Below are positions 62,601-64,000 of a stretch of DNA of 64,000 nucleotides, piece by piece. The notes beneath the pieces are model-generated. The model had not been told where the DNA came from. It worked only from the letters and a program-made list of their open reading frames with translations, and ran no database searches. Within the stretch, counting starts at the first letter, position 1, and every line of letters starts with the position of its first letter. The DNA is taken from contig JARFYF010000007.1 in assembly GCA_030265395.1 (NCBI GenBank), forward strand, positions 42,508,635 through 42,572,634, read 5' to 3'. Position numbers and translations under genes: made by a program. Source of the stretch: Rhina ancylostomus (lineage: Eukaryota).

Positions 62601-63874
62601 AGTCTCCTCACCTATTGTCCATGATTAGTGAAAGTCTTTTCTGCACTGATGATGCAGCAGGAATGTACACACCAGGAACTAATCCTTCCTCCATTTAGAT
62701 ACCCAAGAATTGAAACTCAGATAATCCAGGTTGAAATATTGTCATTAACAATGAAAACACAGTCACTTGATTCCTCATACTCAGCAATCAGCTCAGATAC
62801 TGATATGCTTTGTTAACGAGAGCTATAGGATGGAGATGTACCATGGGGAGTATAAATACTCTGCAACCAAGGCAGCAGGTAGGATAATCCATTCAGAAGG
62901 GTTCCTGTAAAATTGTTTACCACATAAAATTCATGTGCAGGTTACAGAGGAAGATGCAATGAAATGCCCAGTGCATTGGGGAACCTATCAGAAAGCCCAA
63001 GTTCAATGTCTAGGAGAAATCCAGCACCAAAGTAGCACTGGGCTTTATGCAGAACTTATTTCGGGGGTGGGGATTACTAGCATGACCCAGAAACTTTCAA
63101 ATTATCACGGTTTATTTGGTGTATTTTTCAGAAATTTTGAAAAGGCTGCCATGTATACTGATCCACGATGTACAATAAAAAAAACAAAATTAAAATGTGT
63201 TCTACTGATTCCAATGGGATCTTCCCAGACTAATTTGTATAGATTAGGAAGGCCAGAGAAATTGCCAACATACAGATATCCAAGAGAACTTAAAACTACG
63301 AGCAGCAATAAGAGCAGAGAAATCACTGGAAAAGGCAGCAGGAACGGCGTTAGCCACAGAGCCGGCGAAAGGAGGAGTGGCGACTGTAAAATTAGAGGCA
63401 TGAAAGCAGCAGAAGGTTGAGAACACTTGGCACAGAGTAGTGGGCAGTAGTGGAAAGACTCGCAGGAGGAGAACCTGCAGTTAGTAGGCAGAAGGAGCGG
63501 CAGATGCAGCGGCAGAAACCGTAACACGGAGCCAGCAGGATCAGGACGGCTCACACTCAACTGGCTCAGTCGAATAATGCAGTTGGAAGGCAGTCCTCAG
63601 TGCAAACGAAGAACTGAACAGCTCAGGCTGATCGTATATCTTGCAATTCTCGCATTCCGACTGTCGAACGGCTCCTGTTCTCGCTGGCGCTATAGTTACA
63701 CTGTTTAACCTCTTCTCCACCGAAGAAAAAAAATCATTGCCTGAATACTTGAGTGCAGAAAATATTGCGACTAGTAACCATCAAAAAAATACACCAGTGA
63801 CAAAGTTCCTCTTTCTATTTGTTTTCGGATAATTGGTGATGCCGGCATAAACACAATGCATTTATTGGAGACAT

Positions 63875-64000
63875 AAGAGAGACTGCAGATGCTGCAAATC
63901 TGGAGTAATACACCCAATCTGGAACTCAGCGGGTCAGGCCGCATCTATGGAGGGAAATAAACAGTCGGAGTTTCGGGCCGAGACCCTTCAGCAAGACTGG
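63875..64000 (-). mobile_element. Penelope-like terminus, cut by the window end
   Basis: Reverse complement: ccagtcttgctgaagggtctcggcccgaaactccgactgtttatttccctccatagatgcggcctgacccgctgagttcc. Confidence 0.8.

Noticed and set aside
63250-63618. Gln/Glu/Arg-rich + frame interrupted only by TAA/TAG, suggesting a ciliate-type genetic code
   Set aside because: It is simply the antisense of the Leu-rich - frame (CTG/TTA/CTA read as CAG/TAA/TAG); the flanks are ordinary host sequence.
1-64000. CRISPR arrays, operons, rRNA or true tRNA genes, SYTL2 coding exons
   Set aside because: None seen. The DNA is eukaryotic, tRNA-like segments are SINE heads, and no SYTL2-like exon was recognisable left of the CpG island.

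Overview
AT-rich, CpG-depleted vertebrate genomic DNA with several N gaps. The repeat content (CR1, Rex1/Babar, RTE and Penelope-like retroelements, V-SINE and Deu-type SINEs) indicates a cartilaginous fish, probably a ray or relative. Two genes converge tail to tail. (1) On +, a complete CCDC83 gene: 10 phase-consistent coding exons from 8288 to 43912 (1251 nt, 416 aa). Its likely promoter is a CpG island at ~4350-5080 with an NF-Y CCAAT box and an RFX X-box. (2) On -, the 3' end of PICALM: the terminal 'MQFM*' exon with its 3'UTR, and an upstream alternative exon encoding an AP180-like C-terminus (LSTASSPSSQSPPRAPGKDPFAELSLKDFL*). Most other track ORFs are transposon fragments or noise. Best second-look items: the PICALM C-terminal splicing switch, a microsatellite-made poly-AUG leader in CCDC83, an 81-nt intronic hairpin, hammerhead-ribozyme relics in Penelope termini, a PICALM 3'UTR stem-loop, a rare GAG acceptor, and an unexplained CpG-rich intronic block. 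I see no clear evidence of a wholly new system. Gene identities rest on my recall of vertebrate orthologues, not on a database search; repeat boundaries are approximate unless TIRs or TSDs are quoted.
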